A stretch of DNA of 64,000 bases from a virus: IMG/VR virus record IMGVR_UViG_3300044798_000325, positions 5,165-69,164 of that record; one strand, 5' to 3'. How positions within the stretch are numbered: the stretch's first letter is position 1; every line of letters begins with the position of its first letter. The translations under genes were made by a program, and so were the position numbers. Shown one piece after another: positions 38,001-42,934 of the stretch. The notes under the pieces are model-generated. The model ran no database searches. It was not told the origin of the DNA and saw only the letters and a program-made list of their open reading frames with translations.

Positions 38001-40521
38001 CCAGCACAAGCTCCTGAAAAAGGAGGTCGCCAACGACCCGACAGCCTACTTCCATCACCAGGTCCTCGCCTACATGAATTACAAGGAGAACCCGAATTGG
38101 GGGATGTCTTCACAGGACGTTCGTACCCACCGAAAGGGCTGGCAGGTCGGGCGGAAGGGCTCCCAACTTGATTACAACACCGAGTATGTCGAATCCGAGT
38201 TCGAGATTATTTCCCAGGCATTGACTCAGATCGAGACGGTCAAGTCTCTGAAAGAGATCGAGCGCCTGGCTGACATCAAGCCGGAACTGGAGGCCGAGGC
38301 CAAGGACCAGAATATGGCGACCTTCAGGCGAAAGGCTTTCACGAACCCCTTGGATGACCCGCTTCTGCCTTACCGGGTGAAGATTGCGATGGGATTCCAG
38401 AAACTCGCGAAACTGTTCACGACCGAGAACGACATGGGCTCCCTGCCGATGGAGTTTGACGATGTCATCGAGCACATCGTTGACCAGGAGGAGCAACGCC
38501 GGGCGGCCAAAGAGGACGAGATCGAGTTCGACCCCGTGCCTCACCCCCGGATGTTCGCCCTGCTAAACTACCTGATCAACCACGAGGGGCCGGGATCTAT
38601 GCCGGCGGCCATGATTTTCAAGGCGATCGCAGCGAGGAACGCCTTCATTAAGCAGGTCGTCGGCAAGGATTGGGTAACTTACCGCGACCTAATCCCCGAG
38701 GGGTACGTTGCCCATAAACCGGAAACCGGGAGCACGTTTTATTTCACAAACAGCATTGCAGACCAGGCGCTCGCCCAGGTATTGGCCGGGCACAAGAATC
38801 TCCCGGACGCCGTGCGGCAAGTCATGGCGCGGGGCCGGGATGAAGAGTGGGTCGTGAAGGAGGGGATCTCCAAGACCCTGAACGAATTCCGGCCGGCCAT
38901 GTCGGACTCGCTCCCGGCGAAGATGTCGAAAAGTATGCTGACGGCCTGGAAACAGTGGATTCTTATGAACCCTTTCCGGGTCATCAAATACAACATCAAC
39001 AATATGTCGGGCGACCTCGACATCGCCCTCGCCTACGACCCGAAGATCATCACGGATTATTTCACACAAGCCTTCAAGGACCTATGGGCGGCATCCAGGG
39101 GGAACGCATCCGAGACCCTGATGGACGAATTGTCCGGGCTGACTAAGCGCGGCGTTGTCGGGTCCGGCATGACGGCGATGGATATCCCCGAACTGGGAGA
39201 TGTCAAATCTGTCAAGGGCCTCGTGGACTTCTTCGACGGCAAGAGCAAGAACGCCCTGTCCCGTTGGTGGACGATGAGCAAGAAACTCTCGACCTTACGG
39301 GAAAACATCCTGCGGCTGGCGGCGAATCGGTATTTCCTGGACCGACTGGCGAAAGGAGATATCGTCTATGGAGCCTCGCGCAAGGAAGAGGTTGACGCCA
39401 TTGAAAACCGAGACGACAAGGCCGCAAAGCTGGCGCGAGAACTGATCGGCGACTACGGCAATATCAGCCATGCCGGACAGTATATCCGGGAGCGGATGAT
39501 CCCCTTCTACTCTTGGCTTGAGATAAACGCGCCCCGGTACGTCCGGTTATTCAGAAACCTGAAGGATGAAGGCGGCGGTGGTATCGGCGCCATGGGCGGC
39601 GTCCTGGCCTGGAAGACGACAAAACTTGCCGTCAAAGCCTCCGCCCTCATGGGGCTGGTCATGTTGTGGAACGCGGCGTTCTTCCCCGATGAAGAGGATG
39701 AGCTGCAAGAGGCCGGGCGAGAACAGCTTCACATGATCCTGGGGCGCCGGGCTGACGGCTCCATCATCACCCTCAGATTCCAGGGCGCCCTATCGGATGC
39801 CCTCTCGTGGTTCGGGATGGGCAACCCCGTTGAGCAGGCCAAGAAGGTTGTCAGCGGGACAAAGGGCGCCGGCGACCTGGCGAAGGAAGTAGTCAAAGCC
39901 GCGCCTCTAAAGCTCTTCCAGGGATTCAGGCCGGAGCCGAAGCTGCTATATGAGACCCTGTCCGGGCAGAGTTTCTTCCCGGATCCGATGCACCCGCGAC
40001 CGATCCGCGACACGACGGAGCATATCCTCCGGACGTTCTCCCTGGACCGGATCTACAATCAGGCGTCGGGGAAGCCAAAGCAGGGCGGCACCTGGGCGAC
40101 CCAGATGTACCGGGACATCCAAAGTCTGGCCCTCACCGAGGCAGATCCGGGCGAACAGGCATACTACACCAGCCGGAAATATATCTTTGACTGGCTGGAT
40201 AAGCAGGGGAAGGAAAAGCCCGCGGCCATGCCGACAAACAGGAGCAATTCCCTCTACTATTACAAGCAGGCGTTGAAATTCGGTGATTTTGACGCAGCGG
40301 AGAAGTATCTCAAGAAGTACCAAGACATGGGCGGGAAGTTGCACGATGTCATGGGGAGCATCAGGCGGGTTCACCCGCTGGCGTCTTTGAGGCTGGCCGA
40401 CCGGTACAAGTTCAAAGTGTCCCTGTCACCAGAGCAGCAGGAGACGCTATCCGTGGCGACCGCATGGTACAAAAAGCATTATGTCGATACTTACCAGGAA
40501 CAAAGAAAAAGGGGGATGTGA
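20080..40521 (+). CDS. Giant (6,813 aa) DarB-like polyvalent injected protein
   Basis: LPD1 (FGFKGVGFG...AYDAFKDLA...AHEWGH, ~27410-28170); DarA-C-like (~28333-28494); N6-MTase (YSGWGG, YYTP, DPAVG, NVPF at 29326); SF2 helicase (GHEVGTGKT 31237, DEAH 31732, QRNGR 32866); HESAH at 34744; PRTase-like VDNVISSGAT at 35518; JAB/RadC HNHPSG..SEAD at 36595; LPD38-like C-terminus (DY...IPFYSW). Confidence 0.9.
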   Translation: MDLNSSARSPLSLSKSFYDDITKDIPSPVSKDFYDAVSKPVEAKQVPVTPARYEMASPGEIAETVGAIGEAVIRIPLQVAGATASAIRGGSREAIADKNSFLTRIIDTANKDAEDFQKKYADNKVVIAPLTKLGLPADLDTQTITRAPQQAAFSAVSAGAGLAAGLGTAAISGPAAPIAGRAAGMAASGAAGYRIQKDMSAQQLYAKLNETSMKAVGRELTPEEWKTAYDRNEGLLVEQGISEAIPEAIGNLVGFELFFGAAKNIFGKQLAKTVIGKTLGKYGAGAVGKLLAEQATEQATETVSQQWQHNLDLEMGLSPGATKRSWTSFDDLRQSNKEIFSDILLLTAGMGGAGLVGGHIQAKMDTKASAQLVKNVVAENKFGSIPNEFLPAMYEHAQELSDKRPQDKGLTTARDAFATEMDKRGIDFDMTSKFKEYLALDAEIKTEDATGEDVARWVSLRDEFNEKNISPDLYQQYLTYQSDINKAVGLQKLIATGKATDPQRKEFNRLAGAVASKATMFGFPEEVLDSTGVEKGGVVRKPLGPAKGAARDILLADEPAAKRKNLTAKDILTEGDVDIQSEDDLTPEALADIDKKLKIAGTGGARTPLNVAGETPAKVLDITKEVKTQDKKTFDLWDTQETGTPPFVRTKVESLFAEGGTAAVLDEYRGEDTVSAYARYRLGMLEKTAVDKKTAEAPAAQGAAQETGLANQIATGNLVEDFTFPEHYSPMDLNGLWDELYMASDDIAAKNKPTIDALAQERDALKSDRGKEAVARKKQIDEEIGNLRAESQIVTRHAEIAWQYAQEDLARKVVAKLKAEGIEADNDTVYDAIATLADGRMNEQGWKQPLLQQVIDSVKGGEAPTPKSAREKSDEEVKQYRDAGHNINDNGVYNEPEKISIPFSKSSGREGSIRIAEGPDGKFRIGVNISKKYGDYEGSGNAPGIDGTPYDTRAEAIKAGIDIIRSRTKDDDSKGKAALVELAKFEKEQATETKAAGTGGARGPVDAVESAPRKIVTVIRTEHVDRSKASAADLAADYKARGLDRHLAWDEFIKDRILKPEIDAKVFYALFDKTSPIPLVGKRTSEEVSFVPTHRRISSGELVQAEPPNESGIAKVITESGKAESDHISNLASLGKKAPEKIGRQTKEPWQMTRGEFRNQPNVFSDAQAYAQHYTEVKQALSEGKPVPTEVLKDYPELEKTEEPTEIKAAGTGGARGPKAGTVKAPEAAKTEKPVPTAAELKSKEEEGKSRGVKKYLLEHLDEAIAARTAYENNKTEDAGPLHVLIDVPMDGKFRILNTKENLEKFKRKVSGMKVTAALNKLPQHSDKPTGKSTDLITKEAEAEVSDYWTKRSEWKARYEAIPTEVEAAKARLDRYNEIKRKVDAKEITLKQLGEDAKAASNEENAGPEAWRDSWFGKTPTYKDLTDRIKEIEKEISDLEASRPEIETTIKSYYPGLAKEMFEGKAVGKAGEEKAPAGATAEVKEPWQMTKEEYRNGDVKLVAAQKDLDAANAGLGTGKWEHAGVRLKRVEAAKKRWSKAWDGADKTHGEAVRQALAEGKPVPESVLKDYPEFQKAPEEIKAAGTGGKRGPKEEKESAASGNEQAEIRDRLRAQNAREAEFEYQKRRIALLEDADKVSQAEKFSQEDAKRFLSDLDASPGDDPAAREALYAKYPEIAPPKGEAQPVAAEKKEAPYAAAVGKIAGKADRAKERGYEFAYGETAKGSELYWDMVGIFSGASADKLVEAGIIIRKIQAEAPQADILKEIAEISDEDLDALLDVPEKKEAAPIIFQIDDMVRPKAGSGISEKNAGRVLHIFTAADGVQSIRTEGSGKIHFFAKHFELASKEATPSDEAVKRRSEQLTELSKDLTPFSKTMPAKPTPSEMGVRKESPTMRQATLMGRTVWTNGSYIENSELDPYPKMQGRTLETGGLANGNIIWNQAKDYDVIVEGPLALLTRDRETIEKEIYLFDLGADHPLFVAKRLYDHFYMRYGNLILKWSGDSKDKLPMLSVYDGDEMVGAMMPIADNSIESVKAIKEALALKKGKHPLLEGRGSILPSAKPAKALDDILADVAKEGVEGAGEALKGLYELFGGASLKSFPGGFDEDTYLKAKPHFEAALDHFIKVGKGLREFAASIVQQFGDAIRPYLKQFIKDRRDGVTEENAEEEGEVINLDENTGNGEGGARTRRKLTDQEKAEKKAKEVAAEEKKARKAAMGEFKNVGYVYDPEKLNQKIKDKPPKSAAKIILDEMVPGKLWAIDFPEGATPGVVRVKDQIQKHFLTFKEYLTENRDRLRYMSGKTIDDKIEHWLNFREGSIDKLKEWANEYGKTMQPVIDAFNGQASIINVIGRLQDTVLVGARQEDGRFPPYTEVQHSFVGLMSTRDYVQRPHSLYAFLTDSWQRLLEDENDILLSEIDINKRGRNKMVVRSGLPDYREDVELKKTEDFQAPFGFKGVGFGEEGWINQEERNRVIPAAYDAFKDLAATIGAPDNGMSLGGELAVQFANLGHKAKGAAAAYFPTVQTINFTRDNGDGTMAHEWGHGLQDLAADDAKTEIEKVVNTFHHVYDFEAGTRLVDDLLAKDSMFLKRMVSSKKQQRIEAVKNEVTSRFEDTVRKDTDYYSTAQQMDPDYTARAQEMWARAFEAYIYDTLQGKNNYLVNDFVAAGRVGGKAGVGTRLVYPSGKERETFNATIKHLLDGLVWDESGKPSLKGDYVSIEKANELMLQLQLRYLLEQVEARYTAIWASEPSKDGYFWYRYDDTSFGPMMQPDGYDGYDKVHTSEGQNGTGAVAYLTQLHPDAILDYKLSNIQYEGENPTYISKERGGIDVTLQDDGTEALEEVPPKPDGSPDEEGDVRSGDRGSGDSGVPGTFEHGKQRGTTGSSEGDSAEGVHPSPAGNYRITDLTLNDPKSVPVRFGLNLSAVKVLNLVESENRIPTDAEKDIMAQYSGWGGMSELFAYEPTAAWAGKAELLKAELTENEIRDAASSSTSSYYTPVVVGQFMWKLAQRLGFEKGVVLDPAVGANGLFLGTIPADLSQGTALQGIEMDTLSARIASKLYGLASIENKAFQDVKKPNNRFDLTITNVPFERITPTDLKHNKGGHTLHNYFINKMLNLTAPGALSMMITTSNTLDTVGAHLTEYAEKAHFVGAIRLPSGIYSATKVATDILVFRKKIEGGKFTGIPTEEWTTAGEDESTGLTINNYFLKHPEMVAGKLEKITGRYGNEGLRVVGDGDLQANLERIAAAFPDKIVEREAVREAKSIDDIISAPGTIKEGGLYINDKDEVCLKEDGEEMKLPVATASEQKKAAIARGYVHILDQVRTVLRAQKTETDDAVVKAEQTKLKKFYDQFVKKFGPINDPKNHDVYVDYTDSAWVIALEEYDPDTGKVTKIADIFTKNITGIASRPDRADTDHDALAMALDEFGYPNLEYMARLRNSDVASVMAGVGDKIIENPETGFLETMDEYLSGNVKRKLAVASEMAQSNPEYARNVSLLEAAQPAEIPQHRITARIGASWISPEHLAEFVRDKMGLRHGLHAVFNFSPVSNEWSMSFHGEEHYRGRGKGVSENKAEVQRQIAAAKGSVEATTLWGTQRMDFFELMKCALQGKRPQVTVYVEGKQYLDEVATQAAEVKLQDIQLEFGRWLFADTFRSDQAVKRFNDLINTSVPMNADGSHLTFPGKSMWMVTPKEKATLGVGDALVFYPHQMNAAWKYLKNGNLYLGHEVGTGKTVTMGLIAMEAKRLRGKKKVLYVTLNDSTMGQAVAEIKNLYPMANILPVRVSTNEQRKQRSLQKIALNDFDIAIMRQQDYDRIGLSPESERVFIEEEILELREILEEAKRDGARILEQDIQVQLHALEEKLKAPSVYDEAKKKNLFFDDLGIDLLIVDEAHKYKNVPYATRLTRITGLNPAGSPTAKDFFRKTQYLNAQFPKKDGIVLASGTALSNSIAELYNIQRMLQPLEVKRQGVWSFDRWIANHGDMGSQLEWDGARGQYKVITTNRRIVNAGRLLATAYQNIDSVRADDTPVKRPIIRGGEPQRVKVAPNQYVEDYKRIILERCAGIEADPKNAEYEGVPDNMLRIISNMSKVAIDQRLDHHYANTEMQQDSKIATASKIMYRRWKEEAAHKGVQLVFADLGIPGKYADKFKYKTEDEISKLNPEDLTLYNEEMFEHESASAGFDTYEGLKKELVKLGIPENQVAFIHDADHTNKEKKAANLRTLFKKINAGDIRVLIGSTSKAGTGVNIQGRVSDIHHLDVWWNFSAWEQRNGRGIRAGNLYANEGMPGTYIWNYVTETTVDATRWDKVFAKGKVLNAVLGGDINLDVIEDISDETMSAKMMAAEASGDPLMSTQATLLQKVQGLRFEQAAHLDVVRRSRMDLAAIPGRIEAMEKSIVDYQHSRGIMSKVTAVRFMGDDRTLVLEKHGKEIAEALEKAVMADTGSWTENKKATLLVFGSHTETEVVETVEGKDGEQKEKKTKKYAFVPLPAKADITGKSADPYGRRLLMSGDIISSDRNLADIKASLGKKGIEATVDIKANVSRTVTEFLSWLNSSEKSAKERIEELKDNTPKLRKVIDTPWVKVDELATNDKELREVEAKMAARGIAAGDPIAGIPIDKYKGVIPVLEDVADKDGWSFHDGIVYPHQNTTIGVRGKQDLSRFLKSGKLKPHIASSYSAPDTLNALDGGKPQSPATKPIAYTTINNETRLWVPAGGSYVTVDPVEWNLLQRIIGKEGTWHYESRSMGERFLVHVSEKSERDAFILAKQASYVPQGVRDIDDKAMKGAAPPAGKVQYSAAQDQTPAPTLADVQEIFKGQEVWEGPDGTIFIKTRSGAALSVIGVDNISVSEINFRMGYSRKIGSGERVVGGYGRNEEGWMGVIKLIKDAAGKVTLAHESAHFMEDFGIINAEDASILRGHIKDLVRSGKRKTANEDDIGGAEDRANFLADALTQAKPPGGLVGLIVARVRKFLDRLMEAFGIRTAGAVTRDVKSGRIFEREGQGSSFADEAYSLAPATIKAYDEALSVHAYISPRVKPSLSAQEKTIRDNAYGVKGMDPVVLDGVAKEMAALIPKEAGKSAILVPIPGHTGDTAANVALAERIAAITGSRVADVLKRQAGQSQRDARVAGRRTMKPVEFGMVSTETLDGDNVFFVDNVISSGATIRAARDAVGGGKGLVYAKSNPKGEKYTIGTMDLELPKWLGDKVKQALKKDAVASILIDAGPIQSGPLDGGCRVLARALKRIEPSGKIITIEGQLKDGTWQAEHYGFELDGGMIDGDGYAASREAWAKRFAKNESLDSPYRITEGEVQSEDIPQDAPTEKKLAAALEKELAPDEAYREPRAEQGIAVYEHLPVFAITEKGLTRKPRRALNNNQEVSNGQEVSGTTLVRADNALAAGQGTDDKRKIPAPGGRVLPYVPERGTLPTVKSEPIGTWKSSRRKITSLEDAAVIARDNLFRDAQEVFVTIVTDKSGKILAVNQHATGAPNQSQVYAYFAAGQILNIEGASKVWTVHNHPSGQAKLSEADLSVSSNIGDLIADAGIESMPIIAITPSRYSDNMWSSEPLPPKEPAIYKLPVLGRKFDQSPEGLESIGSQNEFEEFGRLYMKEGGMVLVSAQRQPVALIAIDDYSKLRPLHTEILREAEKRNAVDFMIYSPEKTLTKADIDNLLSFAKNTQLEFTTVRDRAGDHYEKIKELWGAVRNSKERKVFYSVQKDAIDNTSIFPEANERLNLPADVIELAEASGVNPKDIKIIKLEDRTEYFSRYGVPNSINEGYGYFGGRSGSLFIDDDTGKPVAYLPAAKTGAEGKLQYSVQRDTIDSSSIFPDVNERIKMAKGVKYASLKDRAKDALVTGWEHFTRHFQHLEPETNGAVIDVFRKFQDVPAWAKDETVRQLSGFIGRLSPQGRDVFMMNILLPDMIRDIEDGTLVVEDEVGLPFGYKNRDQVQQDYDHFRAIAEGSTAIMEALDRRNTFMASLTDQLIQHKLLKKEVANDPTAYFHHQVLAYMNYKENPNWGMSSQDVRTHRKGWQVGRKGSQLDYNTEYVESEFEIISQALTQIETVKSLKEIERLADIKPELEAEAKDQNMATFRRKAFTNPLDDPLLPYRVKIAMGFQKLAKLFTTENDMGSLPMEFDDVIEHIVDQEEQRRAAKEDEIEFDPVPHPRMFALLNYLINHEGPGSMPAAMIFKAIAARNAFIKQVVGKDWVTYRDLIPEGYVAHKPETGSTFYFTNSIADQALAQVLAGHKNLPDAVRQVMARGRDEEWVVKEGISKTLNEFRPAMSDSLPAKMSKSMLTAWKQWILMNPFRVIKYNINNMSGDLDIALAYDPKIITDYFTQAFKDLWAASRGNASETLMDELSGLTKRGVVGSGMTAMDIPELGDVKSVKGLVDFFDGKSKNALSRWWTMSKKLSTLRENILRLAANRYFLDRLAKGDIVYGASRKEEVDAIENRDDKAAKLARELIGDYGNISHAGQYIRERMIPFYSWLEINAPRYVRLFRNLKDEGGGGIGAMGGVLAWKTTKLAVKASALMGLVMLWNAAFFPDEEDELQEAGREQLHMILGRRADGSIITLRFQGALSDALSWFGMGNPVEQAKKVVSGTKGAGDLAKEVVKAAPLKLFQGFRPEPKLLYETLSGQSFFPDPMHPRPIRDTTEHILRTFSLDRIYNQASGKPKQGGTWATQMYRDIQSLALTEADPGEQAYYTSRKYIFDWLDKQGKEKPAAMPTNRSNSLYYYKQALKFGDFDAAEKYLKKYQDMGGKLHDVMGSIRRVHPLASLRLADRYKFKVSLSPEQQETLSVATAWYKKHYVDTYQEQRKRGM
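28556..28780 (+). CDS. Overprinted 74-aa gene in the +1 frame of the giant gene (TnpV-like helical protein)
   Basis: AAAGGGGTGG RBS 5 nt before the ATG; MLHFKMMAQKHWKKYLPSLTAALMKKG...AAKEIVLKEYILLPPE looks like a folded amphipathic protein, while the main frame here is a disordered G/D/E/S linker. Confidence 0.65.
   Translation: MLHFKMMAQKHWKKYLPSLTAALMKKGTFDQETEEAATAACRELSSMVNRGAQLEAAKEIVLKEYILLPPETTE
36145..36188 (+). promoter_or_regulatory. Candidate internal sigma70 promoter plus RBS inside the giant gene
   Basis: TTGACA (36145-36150), AT-rich CTTAATAATAAT 18 nt later, GAGGT 5 nt before the out-of-frame ATG at 36194. The -10 match and spacing are imperfect. Confidence 0.4.
36194..36385 (+). 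CDS. Candidate overprinted Pro-rich 63-aa peptide (+1 frame of the giant gene)
   Basis: Preceded by promoter-like and RBS signals; lies in the linker before the JAB domain; no recognisable homology. Confidence 0.35.
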   Translation: MDKKYPEPRWCGLTMPLPPDRGPMINGKYPPLEEGCFPMFPNGVPSPPSKANPSEPGNPPAEK

Positions 40522-40832
40522 TGGCGGCGATTAGAATGAGGATACTAAGCGGATTAGTTCTTTGCACCACAGTGCTTGTCTGGGCGGTCATTGCTTTAGC
40601 CGCCGTGACTCAGGCGTCATCCGATTCCGTGCCGTCATGGTATGAGCATGTCGATTTGATGCAAGCCGTCATCGCCGGACTTTTTCTACTGACCCTATGG
40701 TTACTGGTACGCACCCTGACAAAGATCGACACGAATCAAAGCCTGCTGTTCAAAAAAGTGGATGAACTCTGTAAGGATTTTTACACCTTACAGGGGGAGC
40801 ATCAAGCCTTGAATAATAAATGTCATCAATAA
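40521..40832 (+). CDS. Membrane protein of the lysis cassette (holin/antiholin-like)
   Basis: TGATG coupling to the giant gene; two hydrophobic segments and a short coiled-coil tail. Confidence 0.6.
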   Translation: MAAIRMRILSGLVLCTTVLVWAVIALAAVTQASSDSVPSWYEHVDLMQAVIAGLFLLTLWLLVRTLTKIDTNQSLLFKKVDELCKDFYTLQGEHQALNNKCHQ

Positions 40833-40841
40833 GGAGGGTGT

Positions 40842-41135
40842 ATGACGACTTTTTTTGGAAAGGTCAAGCGGATCAGGACAGAGCTGACCTTGCTTTTGGT
40901 GCTGGCAATCGCGATTGCGTTCATCCCCCCCGAGGCCCGGCTGGGGCTCTTGGGGCTCTTCATAACGAAGGGGATGTTTGTGACGATGGGCGTTCTTTAT
41001 GCTCATGCCTCCCGGAAGTTCCTGTTCCCCTATCTCGACATGGAGGACCTCATCACAGAACATCACTGGGGGGGCGTGGCGTTCTTGACTGCCTATTACG
41101 GGGTGGTGATATGGGCGTTCGCTGTTGGTGGCTGA
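40842..41135 (+). CDS. Putative holin (3 TM)
   Basis: AGGAGG RBS; 97 aa with three hydrophobic segments; directly upstream of the endolysin. Confidence 0.7.
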   Translation: MTTFFGKVKRIRTELTLLLVLAIAIAFIPPEARLGLLGLFITKGMFVTMGVLYAHASRKFLFPYLDMEDLITEHHWGGVAFLTAYYGVVIWAFAVGG

Positions 41136-41695
41136 TCCTTCTCCTTGTCGCCGTACCTGCGCACGCCCTTGATCGGTGCGAGGCGCACGTCAAGGATGTC
41201 CGGGTCGAGCACACGAAGTATTTCGGGATTCAGTTCCCTTACTGGTACGGCATCGCGCAGCTCAAGACGGAGTCGGCATGTCGGACAAACATCACCGCGT
41301 TCGATGCGGGGCAAGGGATCGCTCAGTTTATGCCGAAGACATCTCAGTACATCCAGTCCCTTATGGGAGAGGCCCTGGACCCCTATAGCCCGCGCCAGGC
41401 GATCCGGATGCAGGCGTTCTACATGAACCGGATTCACCGTCTGGAGAACTGGACGGACCGGCTCTGGATCTCGTACCAGATTTACAACGGGGGAAGGGGG
41501 ACCCTCTACAAAGAGTACCAGCGGGCCGGGCTGGCGGATTGGGAGCTGATGAAGCTGTCATGCCAACGGAAGAAGACCCAGATGAAATGGGGCGTACTTG
41601 ACCTTTGCGAAGTGAACTATGACTACAGCAAGAAGGTCGAAAAATACGGGAATCAATATCGAAGAGGTTCAGACGGAATGAGGTACTGGCAATGA
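41111..41695 (+). CDS. Lytic transglycosylase (SLT-like) endolysin with signal peptide
   Basis: AQLKTES catalytic Glu, GQGIAQFMPKT, YNGG; N-terminal WWLILLLVAVPAHA signal peptide. Start moved from 40820 to 41111. Confidence 0.85.
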   Translation: MGVRCWWLILLLVAVPAHALDRCEAHVKDVRVEHTKYFGIQFPYWYGIAQLKTESACRTNITAFDAGQGIAQFMPKTSQYIQSLMGEALDPYSPRQAIRMQAFYMNRIHRLENWTDRLWISYQIYNGGRGTLYKEYQRAGLADWELMKLSCQRKKTQMKWGVLDLCEVNYDYSKKVEKYGNQYRRGSDGMRYWQ

Positions 41696-42252
41696 AAAGT
41701 CGAATCCTTGTCATTGCGCTGGCGGTCGTTACTCTCATCGCACTTGTCTCTGCGGTCGTGGCGTGGTACCGGTTGCAGCACCAAGTGCCTGTAAGCCGGA
41801 CGGAGTTCATCAAGGTTCCTGAAGTCAAAACTGTTACGAAAATTAAGCGGGTCGAGGTTCCCGGTCCTACGAAAATCGTGACGGTGGAAAAAGAAGTGGT
41901 CGTTGAAAAATTGAAACTCCCCGATTGGGTTAAGACCGACGAGAACAAACAGGTCGTAGCGACCGCGGAGATACAGCCCTATGAAGGGAAGACTGACGCC
42001 GTGGCGATACTCGACACAAAAACAGGCGAAAGCGTGATCGTGGCAAAGCAAATCCCTCTGCCCCTATTCGGCTTCGAGAATAGCAAGGAGATCGGCCTCC
42101 GGGCCGGGGTAACCATCAAAGGGGAGGCGGAAACAGGGATTTATGGACGTTGGTCTTTTTTGCGCGTGGGGAACCTTCATGTAGGCGCATACGGTGAAGC
42201 TAATAGCCGGGGAGATGCCAAGGCGCAACTTGAGATAGGGTACAGGTTCTGA
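41692..42252 (+). CDS. Putative spanin-like protein (N-terminal TM, C-terminal amphipathic beta-strands ending YRF)
   Basis: ATGA overlap with the endolysin; one N-terminal TM; terminal Phe beta-signal-like motif. Confidence 0.55.
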   Translation: MKSRILVIALAVVTLIALVSAVVAWYRLQHQVPVSRTEFIKVPEVKTVTKIKRVEVPGPTKIVTVEKEVVVEKLKLPDWVKTDENKQVVATAEIQPYEGKTDAVAILDTKTGESVIVAKQIPLPLFGFENSKEIGLRAGVTIKGEAETGIYGRWSFLRVGNLHVGAYGEANSRGDAKAQLEIGYRF

Positions 42253-42671
42253 TATGGCCAATGTGCTCGCCGGTGGGGTAGGGGCCGTTCTGGCGGTCGT
42301 GGCGATCCTTTTGCTATGAGCCGTATCGTTGAAAAGATTGTTACGGCTGATGCTTGTGGAAGAAAATACCTGCCACGCTGAGGACCATTTTAAAGCTGCG
42401 AAAGCGAATGGTAGATGGTCACGCGCACCACGGCGGGTTTTTGGTTCATCCGGTTCTTGCGTACTTCTCTCTCGTTCACCTTATCAACGCCCTTGACTGT
42501 ACCGAGAGATTACCCATTATTTATCGTAGTCAACGACTGAGGCCGATGCGTTTTTGTACCAGCTTTCTTTCTGAAATGAGCGAGCGTGATCAAGAGGGAA
42601 ATGAAATGTGCCGGCAATTGTCATCATCGACATCCTATGCAGCGGTGGGTAAGTAGACTCATAAAATGATA

Positions 42672-42699
42672 TTTTAAGAAAATTGACTTTTTCTTAAAA
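42672..42699. repeat. Palindrome P1 (11-6-11)
   Basis: TTTTAAGAAAA-TTGACT-TTTTCTTAAAA, extending imperfectly outward. Confidence 0.75.
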
Positions 42700-42934
42700 A
42701 TATCGTTTTGAAGGTGTCGATTGTTACGTTAGCAGGAAGGCAGTTGGATTCCGCACGAACAGAAAATATATTGTCAAGCCCTCGCATGTTACAACCCGTA
42801 ATAAACAGGTGTGATCAATGAAAAAATGAAATGTGCTGGACATTGGCTTCACCTACAACTGCGCAACATCAGTCATTCCTTAAAACTGAGGATTGCGGAT
42901 AGAAACAAAGCAACGATGCATGTCTTGCGATCTG

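Larger units (their letters stand above)
1..42319 (+). mobile_element. Prophage/phage late region (virion, ejection and lysis genes); left part lies outside the window, right boundary approximate
   Basis: Tightly packed, co-oriented genes with overlapping stop/start codons: fibre/collagen proteins, DarB-like giant protein, holin-endolysin-spanin-like cassette. Sequence becomes more AT-rich after ~42.6 kb. No integrase or att site seen. Confidence 0.9.

Noticed and set aside
20235-40374. Many antisense and other alternate-frame ORFs within the giant gene
   Set aside because: Expected shadows of GC-rich codon usage, lacking an RBS or protein-like features, apart from 28556 and possibly 36194.
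40820-41110. N-terminal extension of the endolysin ORF
   Set aside because: It overlaps the holin gene; a signal peptide begins at the ATG at 41111.
42254-42319. 21-aa hydrophobic ORF (MANVLAGGVGAVLAVVAILLL) after the spanin-like gene
   Set aside because: Weak RBS and very short; it could be a remnant of another lysis gene's tail, but I cannot support it as a gene.
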